Positions 1 to 12,629 of a stretch of DNA of 64,000 nt are shown piece by piece (position 1 is the first letter of the stretch; the number at the start of each line of letters is the position of its first letter). A program made the translations under genes and the position numbers. Origin of the DNA: Monocercomonoides exilis PA203 (Eukaryota; Protista; Preaxostyla). The DNA lies in contig LSRY02000012.1 of the NCBI GenBank assembly GCA_001643675.2, positions 248,001 to 312,000 on the forward strand, in the 5' to 3' direction. The notes below the pieces were generated by a model. It made no database searches and was not told the origin of the DNA. It was given only the letters and a program-made list of their open reading frames with translations.

Positions 1-431
1 ATTCAGCCTTTTCAGACCCCTACCAATCACCCTCGCCTTCACAAGACCCTGCAGCCATCACACAGTACTTCTTCCCTTCACGAAAATTGACTCAGACGAG
101 AAGGGGACTGTCAGCCACAACAGGTTCAGCAGCAACAGACAGAGAGAAAATGCGGAAGAAAGACAAAGAAGAGAGCATTCCTTCACTCACATCCACACCC
201 ATTTCAAAGAAAACGTCCATTTCACCTTCATCATCACCACAGACACGAGCTGTGTCTTCTGAACAGCAGCGCCTTCAGACAAATGCAGACACCCACTCAA
301 ACACACCAAGCAAGCCATCTTCTGCATCACATGCTGCGAGAGAAGGGGGAACAAAGCCACAAAGAATGAATGTGGCACGATACTACAACACAAACATCAT
401 CAGAAGAGCACAGGAAATAACTCATAAATGA
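1..431 (+). CDS. 3' end of a Ser/Thr/Pro-rich hypothetical protein (5' truncated by window)
   Basis: Frame 3 is open from position 3 (SAFSDPYQSPSPSQ...) to TGA at 429-431, followed by an AT-rich 3' region. No recognisable domain. Confidence 0.55.
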   Translation, partial: SAFSDPYQSPSPSQDPAAITQYFFPSRKLTQTRRGLSATTGSAATDREKMRKKDKEESIPSLTSTPISKKTSISPSSSPQTRAVSSEQQRLQTNADTHSNTPSKPSSASHAAREGGTKPQRMNVARYYNTNIIRRAQEITHK

Positions 432-936
432 GTTTTTTTTCGTTTCATGGATACATTTTTACCTCTAAAAAAACATTTTATTTTCATTTATTTGCTTAAA
501 AACTGTTTTTTTTTTTTGTTTGTTATTATGTTTTGGAATAGCTATTTATTTGTACCTAACTGACTGGTGCATAAATGCATTTCCAGCTATCTTTATGTAG
601 ATTTTTTTGTTCTGTTCACATTTTTATGTTATTCCTTGTATTATTGTCAATATCAACATTTCTCACTTTCACCAATTTTGGATTAGAATAAATCCGTTTC
701 CTTTTTCATTTTCATGTAATTTTATTGATGGTTCATTTGTTTGAATCAATTGTATTTCTTTTTTTGGATATCGTTATGTTTAAGCTGAAGTTGAAATTTT
801 CTTTTCATTTCCAACAAACAAAGAAAAAGTTATGTTATTCGACATTTTCTTTCTTTTTTTAAATTAAAAGAAAAAGAATATCAAAAATATAAATACTTCA
901 ATGATGAACAAAGACCACCATATTCCATCAAACTCT

Positions 937-3900
937 TCATGTTTCTACATCTTTTGAATAGAAACTTTCAATAAACCTGCTTCTCTCCTCCGAATCTGAG
1001 AAAACCTTCAGCGTATCTTCACTTCCATTCCCCGAAGCCAAAGTTAGTCTTCTTCGCCCAGTCTCCATCTCCATCAGGCTGCTCCGCTTCCACTTCCCTT
1101 TATCGCCGCATTTCGAACAAGGAAATGGCGGAATGGGAAACAACACCACTGCCACTGTCTTCTGGCAGCCGGTGCATGTGAAGAAGCGGCGCTTTGTTGA
1201 AATGAGCGAAAGATGATGAAGCGAATCGTGCTTCCCCTTTGAGCACAGAGGTTTCGCTGCACACGAAGAAGTTTTGACTTTCTGCTTCGTTTCCAGTGTT
1301 GGTACTGAAGTGACATACACATCATCGTCTGTCTGTGACGCAAGTGAAGACTTGTCCTCTTTGATTTCTTTAATGAGAGTGCCAAATTTGGATGAAAATC
1401 TCGAACTAGTTGTCTCATTCTCAGACACATTTGAAGCAGATTTTGAATCAGACTGTGCATTTTTATTGTTATATTCCCGTTTTGGGTATGTATACAGATC
1501 CTTTTTGTTGATGAAAATGCCCTGCTCCCTCAACCTTGTGATCTCCTCTTCATTCTTCTTTTCGCAATACCCCGTTTTCTTCTCTCGGGAGACAAGGCCA
1601 CACACACTGCACCACCACACCATCACCTTCATCTCTGTCACTTCTGCTTTCTTCAGCAGCATCCGCTCCTCCTTTTCCATCTCGTCCCACTTCGCATTCT
1701 CTCTTCGCTCTTCTTCAATCTCTATCGCTTCAAACATCTTCTGCAAATAGGGGTCTTTAAGAAGTGTCGGATCAGACAAAAAGGCTGCATTTCCAGCAAG
1801 CATACCAATTCCCCCATCTGAATTGTCACTTCCAGTACTCATTTTCTCTTCAAACTCTTTGAATTCCTCTTCTTCCTTTTCTGCTTCTTCAACAAGTCTT
1901 TGGATGATCGCTTTTGTTTCCTCGCTCATTCGTTCACTTTCCGACACGATTGGCAAGTTGAAATGACTCTTTTCAATTTTCTCCTTTTCTTTTGCTTCTT
2001 CTTTCTTTTCATCTCCTTTGATATTGTCCAATCTGCTGAACAGCCTGTCAGCTGCAGATATTTGCTTCAGTGCTTTTTCTCTTTCCTGTTTTGAAGGCGA
2101 GACTATCGAGTCAATCTGAAGTGCATCTGCAGAATTCGACAAACTGCGCTTTTTGTGCGGAGAAAGAGGAGCCATTGCAGAATGAAGTGAAGATGATGCT
2201 TTAGAGCGTGAAACAGCATCTGAACGTGAAGGAGACTTTAAAAGAGAAGAATTTGAAGCAGAAGCAGACAAAGTCACAGGAGATTTTGGTGAAGTTATTG
2301 AGCTCTTTTGCGATTCTGTCATATCATCTTTTTCATCACTGGAAAGCAGCCCAGAAAACATTTCCTCAAACGAAAGAGAAGATTTCTGCGGAGTTTTAAC
2401 TGGCAAAGCGGAATTTGCTGTCTGCTGCTTCTTTAATGACTTCAACGTCTCAGAAGCCTTCTGAAGCTTTCTTTTGTTCTCCTCCTGCTTTGATTCGAAA
2501 TGAGATGAAGATGAAGGAAATACACTCGATGACGATGAGAACAGAGACGAAATAAAAGGATCAGAAATGGCAGAATTGTCTGGTTCATCAACTGCAAGAG
2601 ATGATAATGCTGGATCAACTTCAGGTTTTTTGATAGAAATTGCACTTTTGTTGGAAGATGACAAAGAATCATTCGTCAACTTTGAGCGTTTTAAAGGAGG
2701 CGAACGAAGTGAATCTGAACTTTGTTCAATTTTCATTCTTTTTGCACTCCCAAATGCTTTTTGATCATTGGATTGTTCATTTTTGTCATCGTCATCTATT
2801 TTTAATGCATCGTCTGAAAGATTAATAACCTTGTCTCTTGGTGGCGACGTTAAGTGGGATCTGTCTGGCCGGATTCTTTTCTTTGCCGGCTGCGACATAA
2901 TTTCATCTTCATCTTTTTTCAGTTTTTGAGCTGAATCAACAGACTTCGCTATTTTGTGTTGCTGATCATTGTTTGACTTAGTCTCTTCTTGTGCTTTTTT
3001 GACTGAAGACTTTAATTCTTGTGTTATTGTCGATGCAACTTTTTTGATCCCCATTTCTGGAACTGCTAAAGATTCGTCGCTTTTCAACTTTTTGGCTTTT
3101 CTTTCTGCTGCTTCTTTATACTTTTCCATCAGCTGTGCATGTTTTGACAGCACAAGAGATGTTCTATGGAACACATAATCAATAGGAAAATTTAGCAACA
3201 AGAAAAATATCAGTCAAAATATTAGTTTTTTTGAAGGAAAAAATAATAGCACACTTTGTTGGCAATGGCCTGGTTGTGTTCTTTGAGGCTAATGTTGGCT
3301 CGCGCAATGTGGCTCTGATGAATGCTCCTTTGACTGCTGCCAGTTTCTTCTGTTCCAGTGTCTCTCTGTGGCTTGCTTCTTCTTTCTCTCTTTTCAGCCT
3401 GAAGAATATTGCGTTTTTGTGTCACCACAAACAAAGTTTAATGGAAAAAATATTCTTTTAAACAAACAAAAAAATTGTGTACAAACATTTCTTGACTCAC
3501 TCTTGCATGAAAAACGCAACACATTCCATCTCTTTTATCAATTGGTGTGTTGCACACTCGTCCATCAGCTTTTCTTAGTATTTTGCAACGGCCATAATCT
3601 TTAACACTCCCTATTAACATCTTAAAAAATATAAACACATTTAATAATAATTCGTGCTTCCAATAAATTTCATTCACAATAGAAATATTGTGCCAACTAT
3701 TTGACTTGCATCATCAACTGACAGCGATATCGAACCAGGCTTTTGTGAAGTCAACACTTTTGGATTTGCAACATAAATGAGATCTCCTTCCTTTGATGAA
3801 ATAATTTGAAGCATTAAAAACATTCTTTGTCTTCCAAAAAATCACACCACAGGATGAGATAAAAATGTTCTGGCAATTCCAGAACGATGAATTTCACTCA

Positions 3901-4609
3901 GTTTTTGCTGCGCACACGAATGCGCTTCGCCAAACAAAAGTAAACTACAAACATATTCGTTATGCTACCCAAGACAGAAATAAAAATTCTTTCAAACCTT
4001 GACCATGTTGAACTGAGATCATGAAGAGACCAAACAGTATAAAATTGTCCATTCTTTGCTTGAGAAGTTCTTGATTCAATAAATACTCCCCACTATTAAA
4101 GTTAAATTTCACAATAATCAAGCAAGAAAAACTTTCACACTGTCATAAATTGCAGTGATTGACTTGCCAATATGTCTTTTGCAATCTCAGAAAACTTTAA
4201 TGTTTGCATTCCTTTTGTAGCATTTTTAAACTGATCTTGAGTTATTGTTCTCTCTCTAATGATGAATCATTTACGAATTTTTCACAAAACAGGGGGAAAA
4301 AATTTTACAAACATAATATTAAAACCAGAAGTACTATCTATTTGCTGTACGACTTCACTTGCTTCTGAAAGTTGATTCGAAGATACACGTGTGTGATAAA
4401 ATTCTTGAAGTGTTCCTGAAACAATTTGTTTGAAAATTAATAAAATTATTATAAAAAAATTTCAAACTTGGCAAACAAGATAATTGTTTTCCAGTTTCAT
4501 TGAGTGAATCTAATGAAGCATGATAATTTGGAAGAGAAGCATATGAATTAGTTAGCTGCATTTCATTTGTATCATTGACTTTCTCGAAAGATTCCAAAGG
4601 AAATTCCAT
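937..4609 (-). CDS. MCM10: Minichromosome maintenance protein 10 (multi-exon)
   Basis: Spliced exons give DSTSGFNII/ERTIT, the OB-fold WGVFIESRTSQAKNGQFYTVWSLHDL, the CCCH finger IGSVKDYGRCKILRKADGRVCNTPIDKRDGMCCVFH, and C-terminal Zn motifs WWCSVC...KRRFFTCTGC...PCSKCGDKGKWKR. Most GT-AG introns were phase-checked (e.g. 3254-3164). Start at ATG 4609 is probable. Confidence 0.88.
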
Positions 4610-5325
4610 CAAAATTTTGTAACTCAATAATAAAAATCAAATGTGTGAATTTTCTTTTGAATTTCTTTGAAATAGGATTTTTATTAATTAATTTCACTTT
4701 TAAATAAGAAATAAACAATTCATTATGGTAACAAAAATTATTTAAATGGCCACGATCATGAAACATAAGAATATTCAAGCATTCATGCAAATTCAAGTTA
4801 AAAATCTAATAAATTCCTGTTTAGCACGCATTACAGGGTTTGAAGATATCATATAAATATTTGCAAACAAAAAATTTACTCTGCCTTTGCGGTGGTAGAA
4901 TGAAGTGTGCGTTTGCTTCAAGGCATAATATTTGAAAATATGTAAGAAAAAAATAATTTTCAATTTCATAAAGAAGCTATTTTTTATATTTTAAGAAAAA
5001 TTGAGAATTATCGAAAATCCTCTGTAAAAGGCGATCTTACATAATTAAAATACGTTTTTTTGGAACAAAATTATTTAATCAACTCCACTTTATGGTTAGA
5101 AGTGAATTCACCGAATTTTAAGAAATTTTGAAGCGCAAGAATTTTCGATTCTCAATGAAATTATTTATGGTTTATCCATTATGAGAAGTGCAATTTTTAA
5201 ATAAATACACTAAACTTTATATTTTAATGCATTTAAAATGTATCTTGAGTTTCAGATGAATTCTTTATGCAAAATATAAATGGTGGGTGCGACCATTGAT
5301 TGTGTTCTCAGGCCAGACCTCAAGG

Positions 5326-7330
5326 ATGGAAACAAAACGCCACGCCTGGAAATTTTGCCAAGTATTTGGGGACCGAAATCTTGAAAATGTGCAAAAGGCT
5401 GATATTATATCAGCAATAGAGTTCGATCAGACTGGAGACTATATGGCAGCTGGTGACAACGTATGTTTCTTTTCCTGCAATCATTCTATATTCGATCATT
5501 TTGCATTTGAAATATATTACCGCTTTGCTATAGGGAGGAAGACTTGTTTTGTTTAATATTGCAAAGCAAAGTAAGTCGTCTTCTTCAAAAACAAAGGTTG
5601 AGTATAACTTTATAACAGAGTTTCAATCACATGAACCAGACTTCGGTATTGTTCTTGCGCTTATGCATAGCATTTATTTTTTTGTACTAATATTTTTTAG
5701 ACCACCTTAGAAGCTTAGAAATTGAAGAACGAATTAATGCAATAAAATTCCTTCCACAAACAACAAGCTCACATCTTCTATTAACAACAAATGATAAAAC
5801 CATCAAAGTTTGTTTAATGCTTGCTTTTTGAAAACGAGATAAATCTTGTGAATAATTATTAAAACAGTTGTGGAAAGTTACACCAACAACACCATTAACA
5901 GTTGTAAAGACTAACACAATCACTGATTCTATGGGCAGAATTCTACCGGGTACAACACCCGCTTCACTTCGCCTTCCGTCACTCTCTCGCGGTGAAACTA
6001 CATTACTGTCTACAACTCGAAAAATCTTCGGAAATGCACATACCTACCACATCAATTCTCTTTCTCTCTGTTCTGATCATGAACTTTTCTTATCCTCTGA
6101 CGATCTGCGAGTGAATTTATGGAATTTGGAGTATTCAGATGTCTGCTACAGTATGACTTTTATTGAGTTAACAATATTAAGAAAATATTATTAATTATTT
6201 GCAAATTCATTTGTTAGACGTTGTTGATATAAAACCAGATAACATTGACGATATTACTCAACTCATAACATGTTCATCAATGCCCATAGCGGCAACATCA
6301 GGAGTATCTTCTTTATTCCAATATTCCACGTCAAAAGGCATTACACGTATTTGCGATATGAGAAGAAAAGCACTTTCTGATCAACCTGCAATTGGTATGA
6401 AACATTCGATTCAACAAAAACTTAGAGAAGAAAATGACTTAAGTGAAGAATATGAAAAACGAAAAAACGGAAACAAAATTTCTATTTAATACATTTACAT
6501 GATTCATAATATTTTTATTAAAAATATTTATTGATACTCATCTATGCTATATTATTTTATTGTATGCTTATTCTTGAAGAACTTATTGATCCAACCGTCG
6601 CAGCAGCCACTGCAGCTTCAAGCTCAGATTCTATACCGATGATGGGCGCTCCTTCTGACATGCCTTATTTCATTTGCGATGCAAAATTCTCTCCTGATGG
6701 TCGTTTTGTGTTAACAAGGTGAGCATATCTATGCATTCATTTGATATATAATAATTCATCGATATTATTTTGCACTTGTTTTTTTTGCGTCTTTTCGCAT
6801 GTATTTTCTTGATTTGTGCTGATTTTTTATTTTGCTTCGCTGTTTTCTTTCGTTGCAATGCGAAATAAATATTCAGAGACTTCTATCATCTTCGCCTTTG
6901 GGATTTGAAGATGGCACGTCGCCCGCTCTTGGCAATACCTCTGCACGATGCGATCAAGAGCAGTCTGCTGAGTCATCTGGAGCAGCTGTCTCTGATGCAG
7001 GACGGCTCAGCGCTCGACAAATTCTCCGTTGACTTCTCGTCTGACTCGAGGTTCATGCTGACTGGCTCGTACAACAACCGCTTTTTGGTGTATGACACCA
7101 CGACAGGCAAGCAGGATGCAGCGATCGAGGCGTCTCGAATCCTCCCTGCAAAGAAGAAGACCAAAGCAGCAGCGAAAGGCGACTCGTCGCTGTATGCGTC
7201 AAACATCGCAGAGCCTCTGACGGCAGACACTGTCGATTTCTCGAGGAAGCTTGTGAAGGTTGCGTGGCACCCGCAGCAGAACATCCTGGCACTTGCTGCC
7301 TGCTCAAATTTGTATATCTATGCAGAGTAA
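5326..7330 (+). CDS. PPP2R2: PP2A regulatory subunit B55/PR55 (WD40), multi-exon
   Basis: Motifs [104 protein letters not shown]...SNLYIY-stop, joined by short GT-AG introns. Confidence 0.95.
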
Positions 7331-8198
7331 CTCATCAATCATCATTACAAACACACCGCAGAGAGAAAGAGAGAGTAGCAAGGGAATATGAAATAAGCTT
7401 TTTTATTTTAGTTGTAGTTGTACAAAATGAATTTTAGACAAAACCATCATAATAAAAATGGGGGATTTTATTTTTATTTTTATAATTTTCATGCTAACAC
7501 TTTTTTTTCCTGAATTATCAATAACTTTTTTATCATTCTACACTGTTTTTATGTTTGATGAATGGATTGTCGTTCATTTCTTTGAATATTTCCGTCTCAT
7601 TGACGCTCTTTTTAGCTTTCCTTTATTCACGAAAGATTGATTTCTTGCATTCAATTCAATTATTATCTGTTCCTTGCCGATCTTTCTTTCTCTCGAGTCA
7701 ACAAACACAATCTTAATCTTTTTTTTATACGCAGCCCAGTTTGATGTTTATCTATTTGAATGAATAAACCCCCCACTTCTTTCTTATTCACAAACAATGA
7801 ATTTCTTCTGTTTGTTCAAATCTATTTTTTTATGTGATGTGAATGTCAGTAATGTTCTTTTATTTCTTTTGCAGTATTCACAAGCATAGCACATCCCATG
7901 CAACAACACCGTTTGTATGCACAAAATATTCATAGGAATAACAACAAAGACTTTTTGGCTTAGCAAACCATTCTCAAATGACAGATATCAACACAAACAG
8001 AAAACTTTTCACTTAAAAAATTGGAATATAAAAATTCAACGAAATTCGAAATAAATTCAATGAAACTAATTAAACATAACCGCCAATGAAACAATCAACA
8101 AAATGAAACAGAAATCTTCCTCAAGCTTAAATAAATTTACAACATCCAACATCTGATAGAGAATTTTCTTTCTTTCTTTTTCTTCTTTCTTCTTTCTT

Positions 8199-8402
8199 TC
8201 ACAAAATTGCACAGTCCTCTTTGTCTTTCTCACTTAGAATTTGCTTCTCCTTCGCTGTTGGCTTCGTCCTTCCGCTGTACCACGGGCTTCCGTACTGAGA
8301 CAAATGATTGGTGATGATTGGTATTTTTGACTGGGGAATTTCAGAAAGTTTGCTGCTATACCCATCTGGTGGGGTAGAGCCAGCTGTTCAAAGGAATATT
8401 GC

Positions 8403-8435
<33 letters not shown>

Positions 8436-10159
8436 CAATAGAGTGTGTTTGTGATTTACATGAAATAACAAGTTTTTTGTTGAAATTTAGTTAAAATTAA
8501 GGATTTTCATTGAAATTTGAAGAAAAAAAGTCATTTATAAAAATTCAACAAAATATGTGAATGAATAACTGATATAAGATTAACAGCAAACGTTCAAGTG
8601 GCCAAAAGTCAGCATTGCAAATTGTCGTTTCATTATTAATGCCGTCAATTCTCATCCATACAACATTTGGGCATGATGCAATTCCTTGTGTAGTTACCTT
8701 AATGGTTTCAGTAACAATCGAAAAACACAATCAAAAAGATAAAACTTCAAAATTTATTCAAAAAATTAACTTTTTTCACAAACCAGCTCGTGTATTTGAT
8801 TGAAAGATTTTGTAATGACTGAGAAGTGGTTGGCTTTGAACAGGATGGCAAGCGAGCCTTCCCTCATTTTTGCGTTCAGCTCAAATAAACCTTCATATGT
8901 CAGCTGCATTTCTGAGGAAGCAGACGAGATGAATTGCTTGTACACCTCCACCTCCTTCTCAGATGGCGTGACTGAAGAAGAGCCCTTTGATGACTGTGTA
9001 ACATCCCCTGAAGAAATGGTATTGGGAGAAAGTTCTGCCGAAGGTGGACTTTGCAAGGCTGAAGAAGAAGAGAAATGTCCAGAAACAGAAAGCGGTTGGG
9101 GAAGTTGTGGTAAAAGCTGCTGTTGAAGATGCGATTGATAGTTTACTGCGAAAGTATTTGACGCTTGGTTAGATTCGCTAATGCCACTTTGCTGTGAAAT
9201 AGACGAAGATGCAATTGGAGAACTTTGAATTTGTTTGTCGCCACTGACTCCTGAAAATGTTGGAGAGCTAAACGAGGTTGTTGAGCTGAAAGGCAAGGGC
9301 ACAATTGGAGGTGATTGTGGTTGAAGTGAAAGTGAAGCGGATTGGTGGAAATCTTCTACATTTGATTGGAGTGTTTTTGTTGATGATTCAGAGGAAAAAG
9401 ACGGAGTTGAAACAGATGGAATGATGACAGGAGGAGGAAGAGTTGTTTGCATTATGTGAAATGAAGTGTCATTTTGAAGCTGACTAACTTTCGGTGGCGG
9501 TCCAAAAATAAATGAAACAGGATTTTTTCCCTCAGGCTGAGCAATGGCTGGATTTGTGCAAATTAATGAAGAAGTATTCTGTAATGACTGCATTGGGTTT
9601 GCATATTGTTTATCATTTTCTGACTGAGAAATTGCAATTTTCTCCAATAAAGAGTTATACGATTGATCTTTCAAATAAAAAAACAATGGATCATCTTTTG
9701 AGATAACCCATCCATGAAACAGACTTACATTGCACATATCAAACAATACCATCTGATTCGAATACTCAAAATCATCAATACTTTTAAATCGAATATTTAT
9801 GTCTAATCCATGAAATGCTGAAGGAAGAAGTCCAATTGCATCGGATAAATTTTTTGAACGATCTGCGAAATCAGGACTCTCATGTTTCTAATAAGGTTTT
9901 CATCAAAAATCACAAAGTAATTCAAATCAAAATAATAATTGAAACAAACCAATGGATTAAAGCGGATCAAATATTCTTTTAAAATGGAAAGTAATTCTTC
10001 TGACGAATAACTACCAGGATGCGAAAGAATTATTCCTCCACGTAAAGATAAGCAATTTACCAAAGCAAGCAACGGGCATGGTCCATTCGCTGATTGCATC
10101 AAAATCCTCCTTTGTCTATAATTATCATATTTCCACAGAATAACTTTTGATTCAAACAT
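8199..10159 (-). CDS. MINDY-1/2-type (FAM63) deubiquitinase with C-terminal CaaX
   Basis: Catalytic Cys motif MQSANGPCPLLALVN, LFHGW, His motif FKANHFSVITK and VTTQG...NVVWMRIDG. The last exon ends KDKEDCAIL-TGA (8199-8201). Start is approximate. Confidence 0.88.
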
Positions 10160-10659
10160 TATTTGTGGAATGTTTGAATACAAATTTAAATTTTGTCCGT
10201 TCATAATCATTTAATATTTGGACAAAATACAATCAAAATGTTAAATTAAAAAAGTATGGTTAATAAATTAGATTCCCAAGTTTTTCATATTGAAGAATTT
10301 TTATAGTATGAAAATATATCCACTTACTTGAGTGTGCAACTGTGCAAGTATATTTCCGCAATTGCAATTGTATTTGTTTTGAAAGATGAAAAAAACGAGA
10401 TGACAATCAAATTTTGAGAATATCATCTGATGTAATTTTCTTCGATGACTTAAGCCAGAATCAACAGGTAATTTTTTAATTAAGCTGCTGTTTGTGGAGA
10501 AATACATGCAATTAATACGAAAAACCAGGCAAAACGAAACTGAATAGCCTTCAGAAAGTTTATTCATCGCGATCAAATGTTCTTGATTTAAATCCAAAAC
10601 ATGAAATCTAAGCATCAATTTAAAAAAACCAGACATACACAAAAGGAAGTGCTTCACAC

Positions 10660-12400
10660 TATGTTATCTTATTTTACACAAAATTTGCCAACAAAAATTT
10701 GAGAAAATCCAATGAGACATAGACTTACACAGACCTCTGAAGGAAATCTACACAAAATCACGACTCTACGACAGAAATATCATTGAAGCTATTCAGGACA
10801 AAAGAAAGTTGCGACAGAAAAGCATGAATAAAATTTTTGAAAAAGCATCAACAAAGAAGGTAATTCTCAACTTTTGGAACGTTTGAAGTGAGAAGTTCGC
10901 GAAAAAGTTAGAGCACGATTTGCTTTTGGATGCATGCATGGACATACGTTAGAAAAAGTTAATTGAAACATTTTTTGTCATACTATTTAAGGAGCAGAAT
11001 TGATTGAAAAAAATTCATTTTGCTCAATTGTCAATCTGCAAAGCTGCTTCTTTGGAGATCTAATGCAATCAAATTTGATATCAACAACATTTTTACTGAA
11101 GAGAAGGTGATACATGACTCTGAGATAACTTTTTTTGGCTTTTTCTGTTTGTATCTCCGGAATGCCGTTTCAATGGTCAGCAATTATTCAAAATTTCTTT
11201 CACGCAAGTTTAAAAGAGGGGTTTTGATTGATTAGATCAGCGAAAGACACAAAAGCAAGAAAGGAAAGAATGAAGGAAGGAATGAAAGAAGCATCCATTT
11301 GCTATCACAGCAAGAAATGGCATCTCCAATGATATTTCAAGAATATGTCTGGAGCTTCACAGAGCAAGCAAGGTTTTTCATTTTCATCTGATTCAATGCT
11401 TCACCAAAACACTTGTATTTTTGATTTTATTTATTTACGAAGTTGAATTGCTCATCCTCGTTCAGATGAATACTACATCAACAGCTTGGCTTGCAAAGGA
11501 AAAAGAGAAGACAGAAGCCAAAGAGCAACTTGAATGGGACATTTTGGATGTTTTATTTCAGTTAATTACAAAAAGCGTTCAAAAACGATTTTTCGTGGAT
11601 ATGAAAAGGTGTTTGATTGATAAGCGAGCACATCTGAATGGATTGAGAAAATTTGAAGAGAACAAGGAAAGAGAAAGTGCACTTCAGCATCCTTTGATTT
11701 TCTAGTATGTCTCCTTATTTTTTTTCCCTCATCATTTTTTGTTTTTCACACTTTTGGAAAGAAAGAAGAAAAGATCTGCAGACGCATTGGAGAAGCGAAA
11801 AAATAAATCCAATGAAATGTTAACACAAATGGGAAAAGAGCTGAGCTCTTAGGATTTAGCAAGAGAAAGAGAATAAGGAAGGCAAATGAAAAAGACAGGA
11901 ATTGCATTCAACGAGGAAACGCTACAGGCAAATAATAATAATAAAGAACTTTAGTAAACTGAAAAGGATGGACAGCAGAAATTTTGAAAATAGAAAGTGA
12001 AAGCAGATACAGAAACGATGGAACGGAAAAGAAAGAGATGATGAATTTAGAATTTTAACGTGAAGAATGAAAGTGGAAGAGGAAAGAATGAAAACATTGC
12101 ACGAATGCAAGAAATTGGATGCAATGAGTAATCAATTACAAGTTTTTTCAGACTTGAGGCTACAAAAGGAAAAGTTCTATTCTGCAATTGGAGCACAACC
12201 AAAGAAAAAATCATATCTGTGAAAGGATAACTATTATGAACAAATTACAAAAGTGGTATGGAATTGTTGAGTCTTATGTTTTTGAATAAATGTTTGTGAA
12301 TTCGGAAGGAAATATTGAGATATTGGAAAACGAAATGGTGATAAATCGAAAATTAAATGAAATTTTCAAAATGAAAAAAAGAGCAAAAGCGTTGAAAAGG
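10660..12400 (+). pseudogene. Decayed coiled-coil-like coding fragments
   Basis: Purine-rich, E/K-coding-like stretches (e.g. 11466-11705 AWLAKEKEKTEAKEQLEWD...) interrupted by many stops; no coherent gene model. Confidence 0.3.
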
Positions 12401-12629
12401 TGGAAAGCAAAACGTGGACATTGAAACTTAAAACTTTAAGTCTATGATTGATCAGTATAATGGTGATGATTTGAAAATATTATTTCGATTCAATTGCCGT
12501 TCATATGACTTTTGTTTTTCTTTCTTTTTTTTCATATTTCACAGTCGAAGATTCATTTTTGATTTTGCAGCTCAGATGCTTCAACAAGCATGAGGCATTT
12601 CCTTTTTGTAATGAATGCAACACAGAATT

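Noticed and set aside
8406-8435. (TCA)n repeat as a poly-Asp exon
   Set aside because: It lies within the last MINDY intron, and the flanking exons join in phase without it.
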